Source: an uncultured virus (IMG/VR IMGVR_UViG_3300024933_000029)
Lineage: Duplodnaviria > Heunggongvirae > Uroviricota > Caudoviricetes
Virus record (IMG/VR): IMGVR_UViG_3300024933_000029
Coordinates: 1 to 64,000 of that record
Direction: 5' to 3' (one strand)
DNA: 64,000 nucleotides
Of this stretch, positions 40,971 through 50,487 are shown piece by piece. The stretch's first letter is position 1, and each line of letters starts with the position of its first letter. Under the pieces are notes generated by a model that was not told the DNA's origin, searched no databases, and saw only the letters and a list, made by a program, of their open reading frames with translations. The translations under genes were made by a program, and so were the position numbers.

Positions 40971-42040
40971 TGGACAACTATCAGGATGTCCTGCGCCAAA
41001 TGGAGTACTTCGGGATTGAGCTGCGCGACCGGGATCTCCGCCTCATGGATGACCGCATACGCAAGGGCTGCAAGACCACGTGCGGCAAAGGCGGGAAGGA
41101 CTGGTACAAGCTGCACCTGTGGCAGCCAGACGCTGGCGGCACGTATGTGGTCGGCTCGTTCGGCACCTATCGTCATGGCGGCGATTGGCAGCGGGTGGAG
41201 ATTGACCTGGCGCCGCTGTCCGAGGCCGAGCGCGCCCGCCAGGCCGCCCACCGTAAGGCCCTGGCCGAGGCAGCAGCACTTGAGCGCGCACAGGAGATCG
41301 CCAACGCTGCGGCCGAGGCCATCGATATCTGGCGCAAGGGCGTGCGCGCGGCCACTACGCCGTATCTGGACCGCAAGCAGGTGCAGGGCGAGGCCTTCCG
41401 TGCGCTCGATCGCCCGATTTCGCTGCGCTGGCCTTCCCGCAAGCGTGGCGAGGATGACGTGGTGGTGCGCCTGCCGGTTGGCACCACGCTACTGCCCCTG
41501 GTGCGGCCGGATCTGCCCCGAGACCAGGCACTGCGCGGCCTGCAGTTCATCAAGCCGGACGGGATGAAGATCTACCTGCGGGCCTTCGACAAGCCGGGCT
41601 GCTGCATCCGCCTCGGTGAGATCGACGCCGGCAGCACGGCGCTGTTGATGGTGGTCGAGGGCTATGCCACAGGCCTGACCGCCCGCATGGCGGTGGACCA
41701 CCAGCACCCGGTGTTCGTGGCCCTCGACGCCGGCAACCTGGCCGAGGTCGTGCGCGTGCTGCGGGCGCTGTTCCCGGCCACGCGCATCCTGATCCTGGCC
41801 GACGACGACTACATGACCAGGGACAAGCGCACGGGGGCGCTGCTCAACCCGGGCCGCACGGCCGCGCGCCGTGCGGCCAAAGCCACGGACGGCTGCGACT
41901 TGGTCTGGCCGATCTTCAAGCCCTTGACACGGGGGCCGAAGGATACCGACTTCAACGATCTGCACGTCCTCGAGGGCCTGGACGTGGTGCGCCGGCAGCT
42001 GGTGGGCGTGGTCGAGGCGATGGCGAGGCGCTATGGCTGA
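40970..42040 (+). CDS. Toprim-domain primase
   Basis: YLDRK, LQFI, VEGYATG, DAGNL, LADDD, TDFNDL. Confidence 0.85.
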   Translation: MDNYQDVLRQMEYFGIELRDRDLRLMDDRIRKGCKTTCGKGGKDWYKLHLWQPDAGGTYVVGSFGTYRHGGDWQRVEIDLAPLSEAERARQAAHRKALAEAAALERAQEIANAAAEAIDIWRKGVRAATTPYLDRKQVQGEAFRALDRPISLRWPSRKRGEDDVVVRLPVGTTLLPLVRPDLPRDQALRGLQFIKPDGMKIYLRAFDKPGCCIRLGEIDAGSTALLMVVEGYATGLTARMAVDHQHPVFVALDAGNLAEVVRVLRALFPATRILILADDDYMTRDKRTGALLNPGRTAARRAAKATDGCDLVWPIFKPLTRGPKDTDFNDLHVLEGLDVVRRQLVGVVEAMARRYG

Positions 42041-43691
42041 GCACACCGACGATATCGACGCTGGCGGGGCCTCGTTCCCGCCCCCGCCGCCACCGCATGC
42101 GACCGAAGAGTCGCATGCTTCGTCGGCTCTCGGCGCGCCAGCGCCGCTGGATAACTCTGTCGTGCACGTCGACTTTCAGTCAGGTGTGCGCGTGCCGCCA
42201 GGCGAGGCGCAGGCCGAGCCATCTCGTTCGTCGCCCCCCCGCCCCCCCAAAGTGAGCGCAGCTGCGCGCGACTCTGGGGATGGGGGTGGCAAGGCCCCTG
42301 CCGACAAGGCCGATCCGCCAGTGCAGGGCAAGAAAAAGGAGAAGACGGTCGATTGGGGGAAGTTCAACCACCTGGCCGAGAACTTCGTGCTGATCTACGG
42401 CACGGACACCGTATGGGACGGTGCCGAGCGGATGATCATGAAGATCGCCAACATGGGCCACGCCCACGGCGCCGAAATGGTCCGCATGTGGAAGGCCAAT
42501 GAGAAGCGCAAGACGGTGCGGCTGGAGGACGTGGTCTTCGATCCGACGATGAAGGCCGACCCGGTCACCACGGTGAATCTGTTCGACGGCATGGCCATGG
42601 TTCCCGAGGCCGGCGACGTGACCCCCGTGCTGGAGCTGATCTCCTACCTGACCAGCCGGGCCACGCCAGATGAGGCCGACACCGGCGACATCATGCATTG
42701 GCTGCTGCGCTGGTTGGCCTACCCGCTGCAGCACCCGGGTGCCAAGCTGCGCACGGCCGTGGTGATGCACGGCGACGAAGGCGCGGGCAAGAACTTTCTG
42801 TTCGACATCATGGTCGCCATCTACGGCAAGTACGGGGCGCTGGTGGGGCAGGATGAGCTGGAGGACAAGTTCAACGATTGGCGCAGCTGCAAGCTGTTCG
42901 TGGTGGGCGACGAAGTGTCCAGCAGGGCCGAGCTGGTTCACAACAAGAACCGGCTGAAGGCGCTGATCACCTCGCCGACCGTGCAGATCAATCCCAAGAA
43001 TCTGACGCGGCGCGAGGAGAAGAACCACATGAACATCGCGTTCCTGTCGAACGAGCTGCAGCCGCTCGCCCTGGACAACTCGGACCGGCGCTACCTGGTG
43101 GTGTACACGCCCCGGGCCAAGGACATCGAGTACTACAAGAAGCTGGGCGAGTGGCGCGACAACGGGGGCGTGGCCGCGTTCTACGACTACCTGCTCAAGT
43201 ACCCGCTGGGGGACTTCCACCCCTACGCCCCGGCCCCCATGACGGAAGCCAAGACGGCGCTGATCGAGATCAACCGCAAGAGCCCCGAGATCTTCTGGAG
43301 CGAGTGGCAGGCCGGCGAGCTGGACCTGCCCTACAACGCCTGCGCCGTCAGCCAGGCCTATGCCGCCTACCTCAAGTGGTGCCAGCGATCCGGCGATCGC
43401 TACCCCGAGAAGCAAACGCGCTTCACCCCAATGGTCCTGCGTTTCTCTGAGGGGCAGGGGTACCCGGCACGGGTCAAGCCAATGAATGTCACGCGGCCTG
43501 GTGCCGCGAAGAAGACCGAGCGAATGTTCTTGGTGACCGATCCGATTCTGGGCGAGGGCGACCAGCGCATGACAGAGAGCGAGTGGGCCACCACTGCGGT
43601 GCGTGACTTCGGCGATGCACTGCGCAAGTACATGGGATACGGCAGCGGCGCCCCTTCCCCCGAAGGGCATGAGCCAGAGGGAGGTCAGTGA
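42033..43691 (+). CDS. Primase-associated helicase/ATPase (DUF5906-like)
   Basis: HGDEGAGKN Walker A, VVGDE, LSN, DRRY. Confidence 0.85.
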   Translation: MAEHTDDIDAGGASFPPPPPPHATEESHASSALGAPAPLDNSVVHVDFQSGVRVPPGEAQAEPSRSSPPRPPKVSAAARDSGDGGGKAPADKADPPVQGKKKEKTVDWGKFNHLAENFVLIYGTDTVWDGAERMIMKIANMGHAHGAEMVRMWKANEKRKTVRLEDVVFDPTMKADPVTTVNLFDGMAMVPEAGDVTPVLELISYLTSRATPDEADTGDIMHWLLRWLAYPLQHPGAKLRTAVVMHGDEGAGKNFLFDIMVAIYGKYGALVGQDELEDKFNDWRSCKLFVVGDEVSSRAELVHNKNRLKALITSPTVQINPKNLTRREEKNHMNIAFLSNELQPLALDNSDRRYLVVYTPRAKDIEYYKKLGEWRDNGGVAAFYDYLLKYPLGDFHPYAPAPMTEAKTALIEINRKSPEIFWSEWQAGELDLPYNACAVSQAYAAYLKWCQRSGDRYPEKQTRFTPMVLRFSEGQGYPARVKPMNVTRPGAAKKTERMFLVTDPILGEGDQRMTESEWATTAVRDFGDALRKYMGYGSGAPSPEGHEPEGGQ

Positions 43692-43700
43692 TGCGGGCTG

Positions 43701-43928
43701 GTTACGCCATTACGCGGGCGCGTAACGCTGGAATCCAGCAACGGCGCGGGTTGTTACGCGGTTATGCCGTTACGCGCTTCACACACATGCATGTGTGTGG
43801 GTGTGCGGGTGCGGGCGTGTGTGCATGGGCGCGGGTATGCGTGTGCGACGTGTGCGTAACCACGTAATCGTGTAACTCGCTAGGCGTGGCGCGGGTTTCG
43901 TGTTTACGCGCGCTCGTAACCGCGTAAT
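43701..43928. repeat. Iteron array, probable replication origin
   Basis: Twelve GTTACGC-like heptamers in mirror arrangement plus a 20-bp palindrome. Confidence 0.75.
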
Positions 43929-44044
43929 CACTTCTTTGTTTTTTGAGAAGAGAGGAAGAAGAAATGGATAGGCAGGATCTGGCGACGGCAGGCGGCGCGG
44001 CGGCCCCCACCTCTGGCATGGGGTATACCCCACCCCCCGGCATA

Positions 44045-44155
44045 GGTACTCCCGGCCCAGGATTTTCCGGGGGTAATTCGGCCCCCGCGCGAGCGCTAGT
44101 GGCTGGTCTGGGGAAAAGTGAACGAAGTGGTGAACGCTGGGGGTGGAAGTGAACG
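44045..44155 (+). promoter_or_regulatory. Candidate cos region
   Basis: GGTACTCCC (cosQ-like) and three GTGAACG direct repeats just before small terminase. Confidence 0.4.
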
Positions 44156-44724
44156 GGCGCGTCGAGCTGGTCACGCAGGCCGAGTACGCGAGGCGCCGGG
44201 GCGTGGCGAAGTCCGCCGTGGCCAAGGCCGTGAAGGAACAGCGCATCACCTTGATCGACGGGAAGATCGATCCGGCCGTGGCCGACATCCAGTGGCAGCA
44301 GAACACGCGCGCCAGGGCCGACAGCGGGCGCGCTGGCGCGTCGCTGCCGATAGAGCAAGGGGGAGGGCGGTCCACCGCTGAAAACGCGGCACAGGGCCAG
44401 GATTCCCCAGCCGCTGCGCCAAACGATGACTACCAAAGCCTGCGCGTGCGCCGGGAGCGTGCGTCGGTTGAGCGCGAAGAACGCGAGAACGCCCGCGAGG
44501 CCAAGCTGCTGGTGGCCCGCGAGGCGGCCTGGCGCGGCGTTTTCGATGCCTTCCGCGCGCTGCGCGACGAGGCCATGGGCGTGCCCCAGCGCGCAGCGCC
44601 GCAGCTGGTGGGCCTTGCCGACTCGCGCGCAATCGAGAGGATCATCCACGACGAGATGCTCAAGGCCTTCGGTGCTGCCGAACGCAGGCTGCAGGGCGTC
44701 TTGCCCGGGGAGGCCTCGCAATGA
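44143..44724 (+). CDS. Terminase small subunit
   Basis: TQAEYARRRGVAKSAV HTH plus coiled coil; overlaps large subunit. Confidence 0.8.
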   Translation: MEVNGRVELVTQAEYARRRGVAKSAVAKAVKEQRITLIDGKIDPAVADIQWQQNTRARADSGRAGASLPIEQGGGRSTAENAAQGQDSPAAAPNDDYQSLRVRRERASVEREERENAREAKLLVAREAAWRGVFDAFRALRDEAMGVPQRAAPQLVGLADSRAIERIIHDEMLKAFGAAERRLQGVLPGEASQ

Positions 44725-46877
44725 ACCTCGCAGATGGGTATGGACTGATGGTCCAGGCAGCTGTCGAGGGCATGCGCCCGGACCCCGAGCTGCGCTGCGA
44801 CGAGTGGGCCGAAGAGTTCATGAAGCTGCCCAAGAGCGGTCCCAAACCGGGCGAGTTCCGCTTCGATCACAGCTACCCCGCCCGGCGCGTGCACCAGGTG
44901 CTTTCGCCGGGGCACCCCTGCAAGCGCGTGGTCGCCAAGGTCGCGTCGCAGATGTTCAAGACGCAGACGGCGCTCAACTGGATCGCCTCCCTGATCCATC
45001 GCAGGCCGCGCAACATCCTTGCCCTCGAGCCCACGGATACCCTGGTCAAGCGTTTCTCGGCGCGGGTCTCCACGATGATCCGTAACGTGCCTGAGCTGGC
45101 CGAGCGTGTGGCCGCTGCCAAGAGCCGGGATTCCCGCAACACGGTACAGGCCAAGGATTTCCTGGGCGATGCGACCCTGTACATGAATACGGCCGGCTCG
45201 GCTGCCAACCTGGCCGAAGTCTCCGCCCCCTACATCTACGTCGATGAGATCGACCGCCTCGAATTGAACGTGGACGGCGAAGGCGATCCCGTCGAACTGG
45301 CCGAGGCCCGGGCCACACAGTACGCGAACGACAGCAAATTCTTCTATACCTCGAGCCCCGCCATCGAGGGCTTCTCGAAGATCGACACGCTGTTCGAGAT
45401 GGGCACCAAGGAGTACTACCACGTCCCTTGTCCACATTGCGGTGAACTGCAGCCGCTGCTGCTGGAGAACTTCAGGTTCCGGCGAGACGAAGAAACGGGC
45501 TTCATGGATCGCGCCTGGTTCGTCTGCCCGCACTGCTGGTGTGAGATCGACGAGCGGCACAAGACCATGATGCTGCGCGACGAGGCCGCAGGCGGACGGG
45601 CGCGGTGGGTCGCCACGGCGCAGGGTGATGGGGAGACGGTCAGCTTCACGCTGTCGGCCTTTTACATGCCTGTCGGTGCGGTGACATGGCTCACGCTGGC
45701 GCGACAGTACGCCCGGGCCAAGGACCGCCTGGCGCGTGGCGACCATGAGGGCATGCAGGTGTTCTACAACACGCGCTTGGGCCTGTCGTACAAGAATTCT
45801 GAGACCGTGACCACGGCCAAACAGCTGCGCGATCGCGCGGAGAAGTACCCGTTGCGCGTGCTCCCCGATGCGGCCCTGGTGGCCATCCTGACGGCTGACA
45901 CCCAGCCCAACCGCTTGGAGGTGCAGATCGAGGCCTGGGGGCCTGGCCTAGAGCATTGGGTGATCGACTACATCGTCCTCAACGGCGCGCCAACTGACCC
46001 GCCCGATACCCCGGGCAGCGTGTGGCAGCGCTTGGACGAGATCCGGCGCACGCCGCTGCTGCACGCATCGGGCCGGCCCATCATGATCAGCGCCTATGGC
46101 ATCGATGCCGGCGGCGCGAACACGCAGGACGTCTACAACTACGGGTCAGCGCGCCGCACCTTGAACTGCACGGTGCTGCATGGTTCCTCGCGCCCAAACA
46201 AGCCCATCATGGGCAGCGCTCCCAGCCGCGTGGACATCGATTGGGGCGGCACCAAGACGCCCGGCGGCGTGGAGCTGTGGACGGTCGGTACCGACGTCGC
46301 CAAGGACTGGCTTTCCAACCGCATGCAGCTGGCCGAAGGCCCGGGCGCCATGCACTTCAACGATGCGCTGCCACCCGAATGGTTCGACCAGATGGTGGTT
46401 GAGCAGGCGCGTACGCGCTGGCAGAAGGGTCGCGCCATCCGCGAATGGGTCAAGCCCAATGGCGCGCGCAATGAGGCCTGGGACGTCAGCGTCTACAACC
46501 TTGCCATCGCCCATCAGCTGGGCCTGCACAAGTGGACCCCGTTGGATTGGCAGCGGCTGCGCGACAAGCTGATCCCGCCCATCGGTGATCTGTTTGCACC
46601 TGTACCGGCGCCAGTGCCGGCCCCCGTGCTGGCGGCGCCGCCAGCGCCCGAGCCGGCCGCGCCTGTGGCGCCCGTCCCGATGCCGGCACGCTGGCATGTA
46701 CAGACGTCTGTACATGCCGAAGTGCCGAGCCCGGCGACCGTGGTCCTGCCGCCGCCCGCAATGCCTCCACCGGCACCTGTCCCGCCCCCGCCGCCTGTCG
46801 CGGCCCCTTCACCCCTGCCACCCCTTGCCCGCCCGGCGCCAGTTGGCCGCCGCATTTATTCGAGAGGAATCCAATGA
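44721..46877 (+). CDS. Terminase large subunit (lambda gpA family) with Pro-rich tail
   Basis: SQMFKT, DEIDR, GEGDP, HVPCPHCG, RNEAWD. Confidence 0.92.
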   Translation: MNLADGYGLMVQAAVEGMRPDPELRCDEWAEEFMKLPKSGPKPGEFRFDHSYPARRVHQVLSPGHPCKRVVAKVASQMFKTQTALNWIASLIHRRPRNILALEPTDTLVKRFSARVSTMIRNVPELAERVAAAKSRDSRNTVQAKDFLGDATLYMNTAGSAANLAEVSAPYIYVDEIDRLELNVDGEGDPVELAEARATQYANDSKFFYTSSPAIEGFSKIDTLFEMGTKEYYHVPCPHCGELQPLLLENFRFRRDEETGFMDRAWFVCPHCWCEIDERHKTMMLRDEAAGGRARWVATAQGDGETVSFTLSAFYMPVGAVTWLTLARQYARAKDRLARGDHEGMQVFYNTRLGLSYKNSETVTTAKQLRDRAEKYPLRVLPDAALVAILTADTQPNRLEVQIEAWGPGLEHWVIDYIVLNGAPTDPPDTPGSVWQRLDEIRRTPLLHASGRPIMISAYGIDAGGANTQDVYNYGSARRTLNCTVLHGSSRPNKPIMGSAPSRVDIDWGGTKTPGGVELWTVGTDVAKDWLSNRMQLAEGPGAMHFNDALPPEWFDQMVVEQARTRWQKGRAIREWVKPNGARNEAWDVSVYNLAIAHQLGLHKWTPLDWQRLRDKLIPPIGDLFAPVPAPVPAPVLAAPPAPEPAAPVAPVPMPARWHVQTSVHAEVPSPATVVLPPPAMPPPAPVPPPPPVAAPSPLPPLARPAPVGRRIYSRGIQ

Positions 46878-47368
46878 CCCGCCACGACGATCTACACGAC
46901 CCCGAAGCCCTGCGCCTGGCAGCCGCCGCGCCTGGCCAGGATGACGATGCCGAGCCAGATGCCGGTGATGAGCAGCGAGATCTCGACCAGCTGTGCGAGC
47001 GCTGGGTGGCCTGGAAAGCCACGCGGCGCTTCTACGGTCCGTCGCCGAGCATGGGCTCCATCCTTGGCCAGCTCAGCGGCTCACGCACCAGGCCGCTGCG
47101 TACTGATGGTCCGAATGCGGCCTGTAGCGCCGAACTGGCGGCCTTCCACCTCGCATACCAGTGCCAGCCGGATGCGTTGGACAAGCGCGTGTTCGACCTC
47201 TACTACGTGCATCGGGTCACGCCCGTGAAGGTCGCCGCCTCTGCGCTGGAAATCAGCCGACAGCACTACTACCTGGTGCTGGCCTCGTTCCGAAAGCGGC
47301 TTTACTCTGCGTCACAGGCCATTCTTGAGGAATGGAATCCAGGCAATAGCGCAGAAGTCAAGGAATAA
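46874..47368 (+). CDS. Q-like antiterminator / late regulator
   Basis: C-terminal HTH VKVAASALEISRQHYY; followed by a non-coding stretch and terminator. Confidence 0.55.
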   Translation: MTRHDDLHDPEALRLAAAAPGQDDDAEPDAGDEQRDLDQLCERWVAWKATRRFYGPSPSMGSILGQLSGSRTRPLRTDGPNAACSAELAAFHLAYQCQPDALDKRVFDLYYVHRVTPVKVAASALEISRQHYYLVLASFRKRLYSASQAILEEWNPGNSAEVKE

Positions 47369-47516
47369 AGTGTCAGCTCTGGATATGACAATTTAGGGCT
47401 CGCTTTGATATGACACTTTGGCCCAAAATTGGCATCAATTCAGGTAGGTCTAAAAAATCCGCCTGACGCAGAAAACATCCTCCCGACACCCAACCGCAGC
47501 AGCGAAAGTCGGTATC

Positions 47517-47554
47517 AGCCCCCGGTCTCCGAAAGGAGTCGGGGGCTTTGTTTT
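47517..47554 (+). terminator. tR'-like terminator in late leader
   Basis: AGCCCCCGGTCTCC-GAAA-GGAGTCGGGGGCT followed by TTGTTTT. Confidence 0.7.
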
Positions 47555-47567
47555 GGAGACTCCATCC

Positions 47568-48320
47568 ATGCTTTCCATCCAACGCACGGGCGCCTCGATC
47601 GCCGACGTGATCGCGTCCGTGCGCGGTGTGCCGTCGCGCATGATCCCCTATGCGGCGGCCACGGCGCTGACTCGCTGCGCCAAGCAGGCACAGGCCGAGG
47701 ATCTGCCGGCCGAGATGCGCAAGGTGTTCTCCAACCCCGTTCCCTACACGCTCAACGCGCTGCGCATCGAGCCCGCCACCAAGGACAACCTGATGGCGCG
47801 CGTCATGGTCAAGACCGGCGCGCATGCCCCGGGCGTCGCCCCGGAAAACTTCCTGTTCCCGGAGGTCGAGGGCGGCGTGCGCAAGCACAAGGGTCTGGAG
47901 ATGGCCCTGCGCTACCAGGGCGTGCTGTCGCCCACGCAGTACGCCATGCCGGGCGCAGCGGCCAAGCTGGACGCCTACGGCAACGTCAGCGGCGCCCAGG
48001 TTCGCACCATCCTCAACGCCCTCAAGGGCATCCGCGCCGCCAGCTCCACGCGCGACCGTGCCACGGGTGCCAAGCTGCGCAAGGGCCGGCGCCTGGCCAA
48101 CGACATGTTCGTAGGCCAGCCGCAGGGCGGTGGTCGGCCTGACGGCATCTGGCGGCGCGAGGGCAAGCGCCTGCGCGCCCTGTTCGTCTTCACCAGCGAC
48201 GCGCCGGACTACTCGGTTCGGCTCGACTTCAGCGGCACCGTGCAGCGTGTGGCGCTGGCGCGCTTCCGCCCCGAGTTCGAGCGTGCGATCGCCGACCTGC
48301 AATCCAAAGGATCTTGGTAA
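47568..48320 (+). CDS. Phage morphogenesis protein (gpZ-like)
   Basis: ATALTRCAK...VFSNPVPYTLNA; basic. Confidence 0.55.
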   Translation: MLSIQRTGASIADVIASVRGVPSRMIPYAAATALTRCAKQAQAEDLPAEMRKVFSNPVPYTLNALRIEPATKDNLMARVMVKTGAHAPGVAPENFLFPEVEGGVRKHKGLEMALRYQGVLSPTQYAMPGAAAKLDAYGNVSGAQVRTILNALKGIRAASSTRDRATGAKLRKGRRLANDMFVGQPQGGGRPDGIWRREGKRLRALFVFTSDAPDYSVRLDFSGTVQRVALARFRPEFERAIADLQSKGSW

Positions 48321-48562
48321 TGACTGATGCCGCCACTGAGCTGACGCAGGAGCGCGAGCGCCTGCAGTCCTATCTCGACGCCGAGCAACGCATCCTGAAC
48401 TCGCAGGAATACATGATCGGCAACGGACAGACCGCCAGGCGCAACCGCCGTGCCGATCTCGAGCAGGTTCGCGCAGGGATCGAGCAGTGCCGCGCCAATA
48501 TCGAACGCCTGCAGGGCCGGACCGGCCGCGTGCGCCGCGTCGCTTACCTGTCCCCCCGGTAA
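48320..48562 (+). CDS. Head-tail joining protein (gpW-like)
   Basis: YLDAEQRIL..QEY.IG...RRADL just before portal. Confidence 0.7.
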   Translation: MTDAATELTQERERLQSYLDAEQRILNSQEYMIGNGQTARRNRRADLEQVRAGIEQCRANIERLQGRTGRVRRVAYLSPR

Positions 48563-48568
48563 ACGGCC

Positions 48569-50170
48569 ATGGAACTCAATCTGCTTGACCGCGCGATTGC
48601 AGCGGTGGCTCCGGGCTGGGCGGCCGATAGGGCGCTGTCCCGCGCCAAGGTCCAGACGCTGGGGGCAATGCAGGCCATGGGCGGCGAGATGCCATCCGCC
48701 GGCTCTGCCTCTCCACGCCGCTTCTGGAATCCGCGTCCCCGGGACGCCCGGTCGGACACGATGCGCCAACTGCCTTTCCAGCGCGGCGCATCCCGCGAAC
48801 TGGCGCGCACCAGCCCCATCGCGGTGGGTGCCATCAACACCAATATCGACCGGGTAGTCGGCACCGGCCTGGCGCTCAGCGCGCAGCCGAGCCTCGCGGT
48901 GCTGGGCTGGTCAAAGGACCGCGCCCTGGCTTGGAAAGCCAAAGTGCAGCAGGAGTTCAGCCTGTGGGCCGACAGCACTGAGTGCGATATCGAGGGCAAG
49001 CAGAATTTCTACCAGCTGCAGGCGCTGGTCCTGCGGTCCGCGCTGGAAAGTGGTGACTGCTTCTCTCTGCTGCCAGATGGCAAGCGCACGGCCACCCAGC
49101 CCTACCAGCTGCGCATCCAGGTGCTGGAAGCCGATCGCGTCGGCAACCCCGGCGGAAAGGCCGACAGCGACACCGTCTCCGGCGGCGTGCGCCTGAACGC
49201 TCACGGTGCCCCGGAGGCCTACCACCTGTACGACAAGCACCCGGGCAGCGGCTTGCCGACAGCGGGAGGCGCTTACAAGGGCGAATGGATCGAGCGCCTG
49301 GGCCGCAGCGGCCGGCGTCGCATGCTGCACCACTTCCGCTGCCTGCGTCCGGGAATGCCCCGGGGCGTGCCTTACCTGGCACCAATCATCGACTGCATCA
49401 AGCAGATCTCGCGCTATACCGAGGCCGAGATCATGGCGGCGGTGCTGACCGCCTACCTCACGGTGTTCATCGAGGCGCCAGGCGGCAACGCGGCGCCGGT
49501 GTTTGACGGCGGCAGCGCGACGCACAGCGAGGCACCTGCCGACATTGCCCTGGGCATGGGGGCCGTGGTTGGGCTGGCACCTGGCGAGAAGGCAACCTTC
49601 GTCAACCCGTCCCGGCCGAATCCCAATTTCGAGCCCTTCATTCAGGCAGTCATCAAGCAGATGGGTATCGCCCTGGGCCTTCCCTTCGAGCTGCTGGTCA
49701 AGCAATTCAACTCCAGCTATTCCGCCAGCAAGGCTGCGCTGCTGGATGCCTGGGTGTACTTCCGCAGCGTGCGCTACTGGCTGTCGCTGAGCTTCTGCCA
49801 ACCCGTGTTCGAGACCTGGCTGGCCGAGGCCGTGGCCATTGGCCGCGTGCCCGCGCCGGGCTTCTTTGCCGACCCGCTGCTGCGCTGGGCCTACACGCGG
49901 GCCGCCTGGCCGGGCGACAGCATGGGCAGCATCGATCCCAAGGCCGAAGTGCAGGCCTATGTGGAGGCCATCGACGCGCGGCTGATGACGCGCGAGCGCG
50001 CCGAGTGGGAACTGTTCGGCAGCGGCTGGGACGAGACCTACGACCAGAAGCTAGCCGAGTACGAGCGCCTGGTCAAAGACGGAATGCTGCCCACGCCCAA
50101 GGCCGGCGCCGCTGCGCCCCAGCAGCCGAAGAGCAACCCCAAGAACCCCGCAACGCAGGAGCCTGCATGA
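48569..50170 (+). CDS. Lambda-family portal protein
   Basis: VVGTGL, LEAD, RPGMPRGVP, SYSASKAAL, IDPKAE. Confidence 0.92.
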   Translation: MELNLLDRAIAAVAPGWAADRALSRAKVQTLGAMQAMGGEMPSAGSASPRRFWNPRPRDARSDTMRQLPFQRGASRELARTSPIAVGAINTNIDRVVGTGLALSAQPSLAVLGWSKDRALAWKAKVQQEFSLWADSTECDIEGKQNFYQLQALVLRSALESGDCFSLLPDGKRTATQPYQLRIQVLEADRVGNPGGKADSDTVSGGVRLNAHGAPEAYHLYDKHPGSGLPTAGGAYKGEWIERLGRSGRRRMLHHFRCLRPGMPRGVPYLAPIIDCIKQISRYTEAEIMAAVLTAYLTVFIEAPGGNAAPVFDGGSATHSEAPADIALGMGAVVGLAPGEKATFVNPSRPNPNFEPFIQAVIKQMGIALGLPFELLVKQFNSSYSASKAALLDAWVYFRSVRYWLSLSFCQPVFETWLAEAVAIGRVPAPGFFADPLLRWAYTRAAWPGDSMGSIDPKAEVQAYVEAIDARLMTRERAEWELFGSGWDETYDQKLAEYERLVKDGMLPTPKAGAAAPQQPKSNPKNPATQEPA

Positions 50171-50487
50171 GCACAGATTTCACGCCGCTGGTCGAGCCGC
50201 ACCACGCGCGCCGCCGTCTGGCATTCGATCCCACGGTGAACCTCGGCCACATCCTCACGTTCGTGGGCGCCTTGGTAGCTGGCGTCTCGGCATACAGCAC
50301 GCTGGACAAGCGCATCAGCGTCATCGAGTCCCAGGCTGCCGTTGTTACCGACCGGACGCGCGAACAGGACTCGCGCATGAAAGAAACGCTGTCCGACATC
50401 AAGAGCGATGTCAAAGACCTGCAGCGTTCGCTGAATGACGTCAACCGCAATCTGGGTGGGACGCCTACAAGGGGAGCCGCACCATGA
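50167..50487 (+). CDS. Single-TM coiled-coil protein (holin-like)
   Basis: TVNLGHILTFVGALVAGV then coiled coil; coupled at both ends. Confidence 0.55.
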   Translation: MSTDFTPLVEPHHARRRLAFDPTVNLGHILTFVGALVAGVSAYSTLDKRISVIESQAAVVTDRTREQDSRMKETLSDIKSDVKDLQRSLNDVNRNLGGTPTRGAAP

